From the NCBI RefSeq assembly GCF_017873415.1, contig NZ_JAGGKD010000001.1, forward strand, positions 403,973-443,972: 40,000 nt of DNA, in the 5' to 3' direction. The notes under the pieces are model-generated. The model searched no databases, was not told where the DNA came from, and saw only the letters and a list, made by a program, of their open reading frames with translations. Source of the DNA: Methanolobus bombayensis. Lineage in GTDB: Archaea > Halobacteriota > Methanosarcinia > Methanosarcinales > Methanosarcinaceae. Made by a program: the position numbers and the translations under genes. Of the stretch, positions 1 to 9,696 are shown piece by piece. The stretch's first letter is position 1. Each line of letters begins with the position of its first letter.

Positions 1-426
1 TGTATAAGGGTTGTGTTCCTCATGCTCATCAACATGCTCTTCTTCGGATGTCAGAACTTCATAGCTTATATCAGGAGGAATTTTGTTGCTCATCATTATA
101 GGTACTCCACCTTTACCATCTACTCCATGACAACTTACGCAGCTGCCTCCGTGAACATATAGCCAGTGAGGACCATAATCTATTGGTATTTTTTGTCCGG
201 CTTCATTGTATCCGGTATAGTATATCATTTCTCCGTTGGATGAAAACTCTGTAATAACATTCGAATCCAATGATGAATTATATTGCTCCGGATACATGTA
301 ACCCGGTTCATGCCAGCGATATGCCTGATCTGGCATGTTATAATTATCATTCATAGGATTCACACAGCCAGATACTAATATTGAGAATCCAGCTACAAGG
401 AATAAAATTAGAATTGATTTCTCCAC
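1..426 (-). CDS. c-type cytochrome domain lipoprotein, N-terminal part (gene runs off the window start)
   Basis: Absent from the ORF track (GTG start, open to the window edge). My minus-strand translation from GTG at 426 gives VEKSILILFLVAGFSILVSGC, a signal peptide with a lipobox-like Cys. Downstream is HGGSCVSCHGVDGKGG, which contains a CxxCH haem-c binding motif. The frame stays open for all 142 codons. Confidence 0.45.
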   Translation of the reverse strand, partial: MEKSILILFLVAGFSILVSGCVNPMNDNYNMPDQAYRWHEPGYMYPEQYNSSLDSNVITEFSSNGEMIYYTGYNEAGQKIPIDYGPHWLYVHGGSCVSCHGVDGKGGVPIMMSNKIPPDISYEVLTSEEEHVDEHEEHNPYT

Positions 427-565
427 ATTTAAGCCCCAAATAAGCTTATTATGGGCTTGTTAAAATAGTTAATTGATTGGGGTATTTGCAGTTGTAGATA
501 GTTTGTAGAATCTTGATAATCTAATCAAAGCTATTAAACTTCATATTATGTTTGTAAAAAAATTA

Positions 566-643
566 TGGTGCTCCGATGGGGATTCGAACCCCAGTCGCAG
601 GAGTGAGAGTCCTGCATGATTGGCCGTGCTACACTATCGGAGC
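566..643 (-). tRNA. tRNA-Glu (anticodon CUC), CCA encoded
   Basis: The reverse complement is GCTCCGATAGTGTAGCACGGCCAATCATGCAGGACTCTCACTCCTGCGACTGGGGTTCGAATCCCCATCGGAGCACCA. The acceptor GCTCCGA pairs with TCGGAGC and the anticodon stem CAGGA pairs with TCCTG. The loop is CT-CTC-AC and the T-arm is TGGGG-TTCGAAT-CCCCA. Confidence 0.85.
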
Positions 644-750
644 AATCTGCTTTGCTTATCAGCACCCTTCAAAGTCATTCAAAGCATATTAAGCTTTCGT
701 TTGTCTGAAAATGATGTATGTTTGCGATTTATCACGTTGGAGTAAGAAGC

Positions 751-770
751 CCACCGTTTTCAAACGGTGG
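751..770. repeat. Subterminal hairpin, putative IS left-end structure
   Basis: The sequence is ccaccgttt-tc-aaacggtgg, a perfect 9-bp stem. It overlaps the tnpA stop region. Confidence 0.6.
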
Positions 771-1176
771 ATGAATTACGTCCCTTATTGGAACTACCGT
801 CAATGTATTTCTTAATCGTTTCAGCAGATACTTGACCATGAGTACCAATATAATAGCTTGGTGACCAAAGATGATTTCCCAAAAATTCCTTTTTTCGTAA
901 TTCGGGAAACTTCTGAAAAACCCTCTTAGCAGTAACTCCTTTCATAATCTTAACAATATCAGTCGGTGCTATGAATGGTGGTGCAGATATGAAAAGGTGG
1001 ATGTGTTCAGGCATAACTTCAAGTTCAAGTATTTCCCATTCCTTAGAATCAGCAATTGTTCTTATCTGGTCACCAAGAAACTCCTTCAATTCATCATTCA
1101 TAACCTGTTTCCGGTATTTAGTACACCATACAATATGATAATTAATTTCATATACAGCAGAACTTGAATATGTCAT
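760..1176 (-). CDS. tnpA: IS200/IS605 family transposase TnpA (Y1/HUH)
   Basis: The 138-aa product has NYHIVWCTKYRK, the HUH motif PEHIHLFIS, and the C-terminal SPSYYIGTHG Tyr region. Size is typical for the family. Confidence 0.9.
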   Translation of the reverse strand: MTYSSSAVYEINYHIVWCTKYRKQVMNDELKEFLGDQIRTIADSKEWEILELEVMPEHIHLFISAPPFIAPTDIVKIMKGVTAKRVFQKFPELRKKEFLGNHLWSPSYYIGTHGQVSAETIKKYIDGSSNKGRNSSTV

Positions 1177-1229
1177 ACATTCCTATAGTTACAAAAGGTA
1201 TTTAAACACTGTTAACCTATAGGTTTTTA

Positions 1230-2366
1230 ATGCAGAAATCTTACAAGTTTAGATTGTATCCTACCAAACAACAGGAAGTAACTTTAATCAGGACAATTGA
1301 TGTTTGTAGGCATATCTATAACGAATTTCTTGCAGACCGTAGAAATGCCTATGATAGATGTAATCAAGGATTATCTACTATGGAACAGTTGTATCAGGTT
1401 CAGTATCTTGAATTTGATACAGACGTACATTCTCAGGTAAAACAAGATGTAATCAGGAGATTAGGCAAATCATTTGATGCTTTTTTCAGACGATGTAAGA
1501 ACGGAGAAGCAAAAGTAGGTTATCCTCGGTTCAAAGGCAAGAGACGATATAACAGTTTTACCTATCCCCAATCTGGTTTTAGTATCTCTGGAAAGAAGTT
1601 GAAGCTATCGAAGATTGGAGAGATCAAGATAGTTCAGCATCGAGAGATTGAAGGCAAGATCAAGACCTGTACTATTCGCAAAGATGGGAAACAATGGTAT
1701 GTTACATTCTCTGTAGTCGTTGAGAACAATGTTACACCTGTTGAACCTGTTACCTTTGTAGGTATTGACGTAGGACTCAATTCTCTGGTTACTTTGAGTG
1801 ATGGTACTCAGATAAATCCTCCGAAATATTATCGCAATACGGAAGGCGAATTAAAAAGACAACAACGTAACCTTAGTCGTAAAAAGAAATTCTCTAACAA
1901 TTGGAAGAAACAATGTGATAAGGTAAACACCTTGCATCGTAAAATTCGCAATCAGAGAAACGATTTTAACCATAAACTAAGCAGGGAACTCATTAATGCT
2001 TACGATTACATAGCTTTTGAAGATCTGAATGTAAAGAACATGGTTAAAAATTCAAGACTATCAAAGTCAATACATGATGCATCATGGAGTGATCTAATTC
2101 AGATTACAAAATACAAAGCGGAAGAAGCTGGTAAGTTTGTAGAATTAGTTAATCCATATAACACATCTCAACTATGTAGCAACTGTGGTCAAAAGGTAGA
2201 AAAATCATTAGCGGTAAGGACACACAACTGTCCTCACTGTGGATTAGTTCTTGACCGTGACCATAATGCTGCTATCAATATTCTCAATCGTGCTGTAGGA
2301 ACTACAGTTAAAGCCTGTGGAATTGAGTCGTTGGATTCAATAATGAAGCAGGAAACCACCCTATGA
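1230..2366 (+). CDS. tnpB: TnpB (IS605 OrfB-type RNA-guided nuclease)
   Basis: The 378-aa product starts with KSYKFRLYPTKQQ. It has split RuvC motifs (GIDVGLN, IAFEDLNVKNM, DRDHNAAINIL) and a zinc finger (CSNCG...CPHCG). Confidence 0.9.
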   Translation: MQKSYKFRLYPTKQQEVTLIRTIDVCRHIYNEFLADRRNAYDRCNQGLSTMEQLYQVQYLEFDTDVHSQVKQDVIRRLGKSFDAFFRRCKNGEAKVGYPRFKGKRRYNSFTYPQSGFSISGKKLKLSKIGEIKIVQHREIEGKIKTCTIRKDGKQWYVTFSVVVENNVTPVEPVTFVGIDVGLNSLVTLSDGTQINPPKYYRNTEGELKRQQRNLSRKKKFSNNWKKQCDKVNTLHRKIRNQRNDFNHKLSRELINAYDYIAFEDLNVKNMVKNSRLSKSIHDASWSDLIQITKYKAEEAGKFVELVNPYNTSQLCSNCGQKVEKSLAVRTHNCPHCGLVLDRDHNAAINILNRAVGTTVKACGIESLDSIMKQETTL

Positions 2367-2375
2367 ATAGGGTGG
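2356..2375. repeat. Subterminal hairpin, putative IS right-end / omega-RNA scaffold 3' structure
   Basis: The sequence is ccaccct-atgaat-agggtgg, a perfect 7-bp stem. It spans the tnpB stop codon and ends 5 nt before the pan stop codon on the opposite strand. Confidence 0.6.
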
Positions 2376-2379
2376 TAGT

Positions 2380-3615
2380 TCACACAAACATACTGTGTGG
2401 TGTGCCTTGTTCTTCTTCCTCGGAAACAACCTTTTCATATGCTTCCAGAAGGTCCTGCATTGTTATGCTTTCTCCTCGCCTTCTGAGGACGAACATGCCG
2501 GCTTCCTTTGTGATGACTTTAATGTCGGCACCGCTGAGAGCATTTGTCATTCTTGCGAGTTTATCAAAGTCCACATCATCTGCAAGATTCATCTTACGGG
2601 TGTGGATCTTAAATATCTCATTTCTTCCCTTCTCATCAGGAAGTGGAACTTCGATTACACGGTCAAAACGTCCCGGACGAAGCAAAGCAGGGTCGAGAAG
2701 GTCGATCCTGTTGGTTGCGGCGATGACCTTGACATTCTGTGTTGCGTCAAAACCGTCCATTTCAGCAAGAAGCTGAAGCATTGTACGGTTTACTTCTGCG
2801 GAACCTGTGGTACCGTCATGTGTACGCATACCGCCCACTGCATCGATCTCATCAATGAATAGGATTGATGGGGACTTATCGCGGGCCATCTGGAACACAT
2901 CTTTCACCAGACGTGCACCCTCTCCTACAAACTTCTGAACAAGGTCAGAACCTGACATTCTGATGAATGTGGCGTTTGCCCTTGAGGCAACTGCTTTTGC
3001 GATTAGTGTTTTACCTGTTCCCGGAGCTCCGTACATGAGTACGCCGGTAGGTGGTTCGATGCCTATCTTCTCAAAGAGTTCAGGCTCGAGTAGTGGAAGT
3101 TCCACAGACTCAATAACCTCTTTAAGCACATCATCGAGGCCGCCTATCATATCATAGTCGATTCCTGGGGAATTGATAAGTTCCATTACCTGCGCACGTA
3201 CGTCGGCGGCTCTGGTGATTATAGATATAATAGAAAATGCGGCATTCACGCACACTCTCATTCCTGCCTCAACATTGAGGTTGGCAGGGATCTTTGTCAC
3301 AACTTCCTGATTGTTGCCATGCTGCCTGATAAGTGCCTGTCCATTATCCACTTCCATAACTGTGGCAATGAAGAGTGGTGGAGTTGTGAGCTGCTCTATC
3401 TGTCTTTTGAGCTTGTTTGTTTCTTCAAGGTAATTGTTTGCAAGCATGCTTGATTCAAGCAATTTTGCCCGCATGTTCTCGTTGTTGACTTTAAGTAATT
3501 CTATCTCATGAAGTAATGATTCTACATCTTTTTCGTCAAGACTGTCAGACTCTATCTGTGTCTTGATCTTTGAACTAATGCTGTCAATTGGTGATTCTGC
3601 ACTGCTATTTGACAT
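2380..3615 (-). CDS. pan: Proteasome-activating nucleotidase (AAA+ ATPase)
   Basis: The 411-aa product has an N-terminal coiled coil, Walker A GAPGTGKT and Walker B ILFIDEID. The remainder of the AAA module includes ATNRIDLLDPALLRPGRFDR. The C-terminus is ...HSMFV. Confidence 0.9.
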   Translation of the reverse strand: MSNSSAESPIDSISSKIKTQIESDSLDEKDVESLLHEIELLKVNNENMRAKLLESSMLANNYLEETNKLKRQIEQLTTPPLFIATVMEVDNGQALIRQHGNNQEVVTKIPANLNVEAGMRVCVNAAFSIISIITRAADVRAQVMELINSPGIDYDMIGGLDDVLKEVIESVELPLLEPELFEKIGIEPPTGVLMYGAPGTGKTLIAKAVASRANATFIRMSGSDLVQKFVGEGARLVKDVFQMARDKSPSILFIDEIDAVGGMRTHDGTTGSAEVNRTMLQLLAEMDGFDATQNVKVIAATNRIDLLDPALLRPGRFDRVIEVPLPDEKGRNEIFKIHTRKMNLADDVDFDKLARMTNALSGADIKVITKEAGMFVLRRRGESITMQDLLEAYEKVVSEEEEQGTPHSMFV

Positions 3616-4218
3616 AGGGACTTAGTATGGATATCATCAGATATAAAACCAACTGCATCGTTGAATAGTGCTTTTGCTTGCAGCATCCTTTTTTTGAGTA
3701 ATTTGTTTTTGTAGAATGCGAATATGCTTTTTCAGGCTTATTCACAAAAAACAATTTTTGTGCCATAAAATCTGTTTATTTCATGTAATAATCATTTTTA
3801 ATCCTTTAATTATTAAATAAACTCTTAAATGTCTGTATTCATCTGCCACATACACCTAATCACTAGTTAAATTCGACAAAAAACGAAATATTTATCTATC
3901 ATTATTGCACTTGTTCTAGTGTTGACAAGTTATATGTTTTGTCATGTCTGTGTTTAATACTTTAATAATCAATTAAAGCTCTATTAGGGCTTTGATTTGT
4001 TTCAAAACAAGTGCAGACTATTATTAGAGCAAATATTTATATATTATTAAAACCATGTAAGTAATTGTGAAGCACAGAGAAACAGTGTGTTCCTGATGTA
4101 TTCACAAAATAACGGATCAAGATTAAAAAGAGCAACACCATGAGTCTGAGGGGATAAATGGTTTTGTGAATCCATCAATATCTGAGGGGATGAATGGATC
4201 CGCAAAGAGGCAAAAAGG

Positions 4219-5202
4219 ATGAAGGTTCGGCTTGAGATCATCAATGACGATGGCACTAAAAGAGCAAGCGCCGAGTTTGAGTATGCTGACAGGCATGGCC
4301 TGGAGGCATTCTTGGACATCTATTCAGACGAGACTAGAAATATTACCGAACCTTCATCCAATTCATTTAATACAGTATCGGGCACTCCTAGAACTCCTAA
4401 TTATCCCGCTACTAATCCTGTTTCTACTACTCCGGTGAATGTTGCTGAGCAGAATGCATACCAACCTCAATTTGTTCAGCAGCAAACACCTGTTAATACA
4501 CAGCAACCGGTTCAGCAGGCACATATATCACAGTATCCTTCGCAACAATATGCACAGATGCCTGCGCAGCAAGCTCAAATGCCTGCTCCACCAGTGTTGC
4601 CACAAACACAGCAGCCCGGGCAGGCTTACGTCCAGCCACAACCTTGGCAACCCCCTGTTTCAAATACAAATACAATATCCGATCATCAATTACCACCGCA
4701 GTATAATCAACCCAACCTACCTCCTGTGGGGGTTCAGCAGTATGGGTATGGACAGCCGGTGCAACCAATCTCATCTACGGTCCGCCAAACAATGAATCCT
4801 AACCAACAGATGCAGTCGGCTGTCTCTCCTACTAATCTTCCGGTACAATCTGTACCAGGTCAGGCACCGGCACCACGTAAAGTACCATCACTTCATAACA
4901 GAATGAATGACACTTCACTGACGATAAATGAACGTCTGGAACTCTTCCTGAAATATGAATATCCAAGGATATGGTTCTCTTCGCAGGATATCCAGAAACA
5001 CTACGAGCGCATCTACGGTGAAATAAAACAAAGTACGGTGTCCACATACCTTTCCCGTATGTTCCGCAAGAATATCCTTGCACGCAGAGGGAACAGGACA
5101 CAGCGTGAGTACAGGTATATTGCAGATGAGATTGAACAGGAATCTGATGCAGTCATGGGTCAGATGTCAGAAATGCCTCTGGATCACAGATTCCAGTACT
5201 GA
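4219..5202 (+). CDS. Hypothetical protein with a long Q/P-rich low-complexity centre and a C-terminal winged-helix-like domain
   Basis: The 327-aa product has a structured N-terminus (about 45 aa) and then about 170 aa dominated by Q, P, V and N. The C-terminal segment STVSTYLSRMFRKNILARRGNRTQREYRYI resembles a wHTH recognition helix plus wing. Confidence 0.6.
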   Translation: MKVRLEIINDDGTKRASAEFEYADRHGLEAFLDIYSDETRNITEPSSNSFNTVSGTPRTPNYPATNPVSTTPVNVAEQNAYQPQFVQQQTPVNTQQPVQQAHISQYPSQQYAQMPAQQAQMPAPPVLPQTQQPGQAYVQPQPWQPPVSNTNTISDHQLPPQYNQPNLPPVGVQQYGYGQPVQPISSTVRQTMNPNQQMQSAVSPTNLPVQSVPGQAPAPRKVPSLHNRMNDTSLTINERLELFLKYEYPRIWFSSQDIQKHYERIYGEIKQSTVSTYLSRMFRKNILARRGNRTQREYRYIADEIEQESDAVMGQMSEMPLDHRFQY

Positions 5203-5293
5203 TCTCTTTAATTGCTTATTTTGACTATGTTTTTTATGGTTTTTGAGCAGTTAACTGTCAGGTATTTAATATACTTTTAACATACAGCTTTTC

Positions 5294-5530
5294 ATGCGTT
5301 TACCACAGGACCTTTCACAACTCGGACCAATACTTATATTCGCTGGTTTTTTCCTTGTTTTCGCAGGTGCTATAGTTTCTTCTTTCAACAGTAAGGGCAG
5401 TTTTGGTGGTCTGGTAATGATAGGTCCGATACCAATTGCATTTGGTTCATCACCTGGGATTACTTCATCTATGCTCTGGGCAGGCGTTCTGATAGCTGTG
5501 ATCTATCTGCTGGCAAGGAGGAGGTTTTGA
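5294..5530 (+). CDS. Small membrane protein, DUF131/TIGR00304-like
   Basis: The 78-aa product has two TM segments flanking GGLVMIGPIPIAFGSSP. Its stop overlaps the start of the next gene (TGATG). Confidence 0.55.
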   Translation: MRLPQDLSQLGPILIFAGFFLVFAGAIVSSFNSKGSFGGLVMIGPIPIAFGSSPGITSSMLWAGVLIAVIYLLARRRF

Positions 5531-5850
5531 TGCTGGGGACCATTTTGATATTGTTGGGAATGTTTGTGATCATTGCGGTTTTTATACTGTCTTTTATTTC
5601 AGGTGTAAATAGGATTCAAAATGGAGAAAAAAGGGATGAACACTCTTTAAATTCATATTCAACTTCTAATTACTCTTCATATTCTGATGATGGATATGGG
5701 TCAGTTTCTGATAAAACAGATGTCAAAGGAGGCGGTCTTATCATGTTGGGACCAATTCCTATCATTATCGGGTCAGATAGTAAGAGTGCTCAGACACTTA
5801 TCATACTTGCAATTGTGCTCATGGTGTTGTATTTTCTGATATTCATGTGA
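5527..5850 (+). CDS. Small membrane protein, paralogue of the preceding gene (DUF131-like)
   Basis: The 107-aa product has the same GGLIMLGPIPIIIGSDS motif between TM segments, plus an S/Y-rich insert. Confidence 0.55.
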   Translation: MMLGTILILLGMFVIIAVFILSFISGVNRIQNGEKRDEHSLNSYSTSNYSSYSDDGYGSVSDKTDVKGGGLIMLGPIPIIIGSDSKSAQTLIILAIVLMVLYFLIFM

Positions 5851-5963
5851 ATGGTGTGGTGATGTAGTGATAGTGTTAAGCTGTATGATTCTGCTTTTTT
5901 AAGCGAAATACGTATGCACCCCGTCTGTGAATACGTTTATACGCTTTAGATTCAATACACATA

Positions 5964-7949
5964 TTGATGCGTCCTTTCAAACTGGTTTCGGAGTATAGTC
6001 CAAAGGGTGATCAGCCCAAGGCAATTTCTCAGCTTACAGAGGGTATGCTTGGAAGTAAAAAGCACCAGACATTGCTTGGTGTGACTGGTTCAGGAAAAAC
6101 CTTTACAGTGGCTAATGTCATTCAGAACGTGCAAAAACCAACTCTGGTTATTGCGCATAACAAAACCCTTGCAGCACAGCTCTTTTCGGAGTTCCGTGAG
6201 TTTTTCCCTGACAATGCCGTAGAGTATTTTGTCAGTTATTACGATTACTACCAGCCGGAGGCTTACCTGCCTACGACTGACACTTATATTGAGAAGGATG
6301 CGTCAATTAATGAAGAAATCGACAGACTGAGGCTTTCGGCAACCAAGGCTCTGCTGGAACGTAAAGATGTGATCGTAGTTTCCAGTGTGTCATGTATCTA
6401 CAACCTTGGTTCGCCTGATGAGTGGAGAGCTATGTCTGTTATGCTGACACCCGGCATGGAGATAGACCGTCCGGCTTTCCTTGAATCACTTATCAACATA
6501 CAATATGAAAGGAATGATGTTGATTTTACTCAGGGTACTTTCCGGCTGCGTGGGGATACGATCGAGATTTTCCCTGCTCAGGAGAATGACGGAATAAGGA
6601 TAGAGCTTTTTGGTGATGAGGTCGACAGGATAGCTTATTTTGAGCCACTTACGGGAAAAGTGCTGGAGGAAGTACTGCCCGGAGAGTCTGTTGGTATCTA
6701 TCCTGCAAAACACTTCGTTATGCCGGAAGAGTACATTGACAAAGCTCTTGGCACTATTGAAGCTGAACTTCATGACAGACTGGCTGTGCTGAAATCGGAG
6801 AACCGCTTGCTTGAGGCTCAAAGACTGGAACAGAGGACTAAGTTTGACATGGAGATGATCCGTGAGCTTGGTTATTGCAGTGGTATTGAGAATTATTCCC
6901 GGCACTTTGACGGCCGCCGTCCCGGCGAGCCTCCATCTTCCCTGCTTAATTTCTTCCCTGAAGATTATCTTCTGGTTATTGATGAATCACATGTAACCAT
7001 CCCGCAGATACGTGGAATGCACAACGGTGACAGGGCTAGGAAGCAGTCGCTGGTGGAGTATGGTTTCAGGTTGCCTTCAGCTCTTGACAACAGACCGCTT
7101 CGTTATGATGAGTTCGAAAGAAGACTTGACAATGTAATCTATGTTTCCGCAACTCCTGCGGAGTATGAGGTTGAGAAGAGCAGGGCTGTGGTGGAGCAGA
7201 TCATCCGTCCTACTGGCCTTGTTGACCCGGAAATTTCGGTCAGGCCTGTTGAGAATCAGGTGGATGACCTCATCGGTGAGATTCGCAAGGTTACTGAGAA
7301 GGGATTCAGGACTCTTGTGACGACGCTGACCAAGAGGATGGCTGAGGACCTCACAGAGTATCTGCTGGAAATGGGTATCAGGGTTCGTTACATGCATTCA
7401 GATATTGATACCCTTCAACGTGCGGAGATCGTCAGGGACCTGAGAAAAGGTGAGTTCGATGTGCTTATCGGTATTAACCTGCTGCGTGAGGGTCTTGATA
7501 TCCCTGAGGTTGCTTTTGTTGCGATACTGGATGCGGATAAGGAGGGTTTCCTGCGCTCTGAGCGCTCGCTTATCCAGACAATCGGACGCGCTTCGAGAAA
7601 CTCAGAGGGACGTGTTATCCTCTATGCTGATAACATGACCGGTTCCATGGAGCGAGCTATCAACGAGACAGAAAGGCGGCGCAAGCTCCAGATGGAATTC
7701 AACGAGAAACACGGCATCACACCCACAACTATCCGCAAGGCTCTGCAGAAGGAGCTTGTGGAGGGAGAGAAATACCGGCCCAAGTCCGGTGTCATGGCAA
7801 TCGCCGAGGATGCTTCAACACGCGAGATCGCTGACATTATCATCGACCTCGAAGCTGATATGCACCTCGCCGCCAAGAACCTTGAATTCGAGAGAGCCGC
7901 AGACCTCCGAGACAGGATAAAAGAACTACGGGATGAATATTCCCTGTGA
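5964..7949 (+). CDS. uvrB: Excinuclease ABC subunit B
   Basis: The 661-aa product has [17 protein letters not shown] and Walker [10 protein letters not shown], followed by helicase motifs. The C-terminal UVR domain includes [17 protein letters not shown]. The track start is TTG at 5964, and an ATG follows at 5967. Confidence 0.95.
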   Translation: MMRPFKLVSEYSPKGDQPKAISQLTEGMLGSKKHQTLLGVTGSGKTFTVANVIQNVQKPTLVIAHNKTLAAQLFSEFREFFPDNAVEYFVSYYDYYQPEAYLPTTDTYIEKDASINEEIDRLRLSATKALLERKDVIVVSSVSCIYNLGSPDEWRAMSVMLTPGMEIDRPAFLESLINIQYERNDVDFTQGTFRLRGDTIEIFPAQENDGIRIELFGDEVDRIAYFEPLTGKVLEEVLPGESVGIYPAKHFVMPEEYIDKALGTIEAELHDRLAVLKSENRLLEAQRLEQRTKFDMEMIRELGYCSGIENYSRHFDGRRPGEPPSSLLNFFPEDYLLVIDESHVTIPQIRGMHNGDRARKQSLVEYGFRLPSALDNRPLRYDEFERRLDNVIYVSATPAEYEVEKSRAVVEQIIRPTGLVDPEISVRPVENQVDDLIGEIRKVTEKGFRTLVTTLTKRMAEDLTEYLLEMGIRVRYMHSDIDTLQRAEIVRDLRKGEFDVLIGINLLREGLDIPEVAFVAILDADKEGFLRSERSLIQTIGRASRNSEGRVILYADNMTGSMERAINETERRRKLQMEFNEKHGITPTTIRKALQKELVEGEKYRPKSGVMAIAEDASTREIADIIIDLEADMHLAAKNLEFERAADLRDRIKELRDEYSL

Positions 7950-8039
7950 ATATCCCTCCTTTAAATACAACCCTCTGAAATATTCATTATCAGGCGAAAA
8001 GATTATATTTGAAAAAGCATTGTATTGGTTGTTCACAAT

Positions 8040-8111
8040 GCGCTGATGGTCTAGTGGCTATGACTGAGGCCTTCCAAGCCTTAAACCCGGGTTCGAATCC
8101 CGGTCGGCGCA
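8040..8111 (+). tRNA. tRNA-Gly (anticodon UCC), no encoded CCA
   Basis: The sequence is GCGCTGATGGTCTAGTGGCTATGACTGAGGCCTTCCAAGCCTTAAACCCGGGTTCGAATCCCGGTCGGCGCA. The acceptor GCGCTGA pairs with TCGGCGC and the anticodon stem GAGGC pairs with GCCTT. The loop is CT-TCC-AA and the T-arm is CCGGG-TTCGAAT-CCCGG. Confidence 0.85.
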
Positions 8112-8331
8112 TCTTCTCATTTTTTATTGGAATCAAGATTGTAACTAGACTTTGTTTTCTTTTGATTTTTGAGCAGGAAGTTTACATCAAATAGCTCAGG
8201 GGAGATTCATTAAAGAAAAAGACTTGGGCAAATAATTATCTGGAATTTGACCCGGAACTAGTGAGGAAGGAATATCTGTCTTGTGTTCCGGAATTAGGAA
8301 ACTAGGTATAATTGTTTTATTAACTTCCTGG

Positions 8332-8898
8332 TCATTTTGGATATTGTTTGAAAGCAACGAACCAAAAAACCTCATTCACTATTTCAGTATAATTATAGCT
8401 AGAATTTTGCACTACTAATTCATTAAATGAAGCATTAGTTATGTTAATAAACAACCAAATTCCCAAGAACAGGAAAAGTACTAATAAAAAAATTATTCCA
8501 ATTTTCGATAAATAAAATTCAGATATATAGTCCGTAAAACTGATGCATAATATAACTACAAATGAAAGTGCCCAAATTATAATGGTTAATGTGGGATATG
8601 CTGTAAATGCAGTTCCATAAAAAAACACGAGTATTATGTAGGCAAAAAGTACTGTTGTAAGTCCAAAAAATAAGTCTAAAAAAATACCCGAAACATCTTG
8701 AATGTATGCTGCATATATTATGAATACACCTAGGAAAAAATAAAGTACCAGATTTCCCCATATGTCTAGTACGCCAGGTGATAAACTATTGTATCCTGTA
8801 AAAGTAAATCCAATAATTATTAACAATGTATTAATTAGTTTAATTCTCAAATCTTGAACGTTTTTTTTTATGTACAACTTTTTTTTCTTGTTCTTCAT
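8332..8898 (-). CDS. Hypothetical polytopic membrane protein
   Basis: The 188-aa product is very hydrophobic, with about 5-6 predicted TM segments and a Lys-rich N-terminus. It lies in a visibly AT-rich stretch downstream of tRNA-Gly. I recognise no family. Confidence 0.5.
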   Translation of the reverse strand: MKNKKKKLYIKKNVQDLRIKLINTLLIIIGFTFTGYNSLSPGVLDIWGNLVLYFFLGVFIIYAAYIQDVSGIFLDLFFGLTTVLFAYIILVFFYGTAFTAYPTLTIIIWALSFVVILCISFTDYISEFYLSKIGIIFLLVLFLFLGIWLFINITNASFNELVVQNSSYNYTEIVNEVFWFVAFKQYPK

Positions 8899-9301
8899 TT
8901 TGTTGCATACTATAATAGTATTTCATGAAGTATTAAAATTTGCTATATATACCACAGATATTTTATCCTTTACTCATCAGTAACTCATACGTCGAACAAT
9001 CCTTCGGTATAATGAGCATAGGGAGTCAATTAAACCACCTTTGTTTCCATTAGGCATCGTTTTGCTGGCATATAATCTATATATTTATATATAATAGTTG
9101 ATATTATTTTAAATATTAATGACTATTGGGAAAGGCTAATATGCCGCAGATTACCAGAACCTCATGGTTGATTTAATGGCAGAAGCTACATACCTGGTGT
9201 TAAAATTATAAGGAGTTGATGAAATAACAACATATACTGCATACGGAGGCCTTTACAGGGGCAAGGATGAAAAGAACTTCACATACTCTTCAGGACCGTT
9301 C

Positions 9302-9556
9302 TTGAAATTAAAGGCTGACGAGAACAAGATCACCATAAAAGGAATCCTGACACGAGTGGAGCTCAAAAAGGAGAACGTTGTTGTCATCAGAAGACATAAG
9401 AAGGTCAGGCAGGATGATGGTTCTGTACAGACACATATCGGTTTTTTGATAGAGCACAATAACATGAAGGAGAAACCGTACATTGCATTCATACCGTCAT
9501 TCGGGAAGAAGATCTTCAATAAGCTGAGAGATCTTGGGTACAATGTTGTTGATTAA
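9302..9556 (+). CDS. Hypothetical small basic protein (start uncertain)
   Basis: The track ORF is 84 aa from a TTG start. The same frame is open back to 9212 and reads sensibly (TAYGGLYRGKDEKNFTYSSGPF), but it has no canonical start codon there. Confidence 0.35.
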   Translation: MKLKADENKITIKGILTRVELKKENVVVIRRHKKVRQDDGSVQTHIGFLIEHNNMKEKPYIAFIPSFGKKIFNKLRDLGYNVVD

Positions 9557-9696
9557 GATATGCACATCGAATCCACATTTTACTTTTTAATAATGTTCTT
9601 GATCTAATAAAAGAAGCTCTTTTAATTTCAGTCTCTCTACTACTTAGCCTCTATCAAGACCTTTCTAATTTCAATGATCAGTATTTCGATACTGGA

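Larger units (their letters stand above)
745..2380. mobile_element. IS200/IS605-family insertion sequence (divergent tnpA and tnpB); ends approximate
   Basis: A Y1 (HUH) transposase gene and a TnpB gene lie back to back. They are bracketed by subterminal hairpins at 751-770 and 2356-2375 that share a CCACC...GGTGG core, as expected for the LE/RE structures of this family. The exact cleavage sites were not determined. Confidence 0.8.

Noticed and set aside
2380-2400. pan truncated or C-terminally remodelled by the IS200/IS605 insertion
   Set aside because: The ORF is full length for a PAN (411 aa) and ends ...MFV, which still resembles the hydrophobic-aromatic-X tail. The IS hairpin ends just outside the stop codon. 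I cannot exclude a few altered terminal residues without orthologue alignment.
2363-3157. Plus-strand ORFs 2363-2776, 2395-2862 and 2963-3157
   Set aside because: They are antisense to the well-supported pan gene. They have S/C/L-rich, low-complexity-like translations and no recognisable motifs, so they are spurious shadow ORFs.
4232-5101. ORFs 4232-4438, 4439-4795, 4493-4774(-), 4832-5101(-) and 4047-4319(-)
   Set aside because: These are alternative frames or the opposite strand of the Q/P-rich gene. Compositional bias keeps several frames open, and the translations look non-proteinaceous.
8009-8194. 61-aa ORF overlapping tRNA-Gly
   Set aside because: It is fully explained by the tRNA-Gly gene and its flanks.
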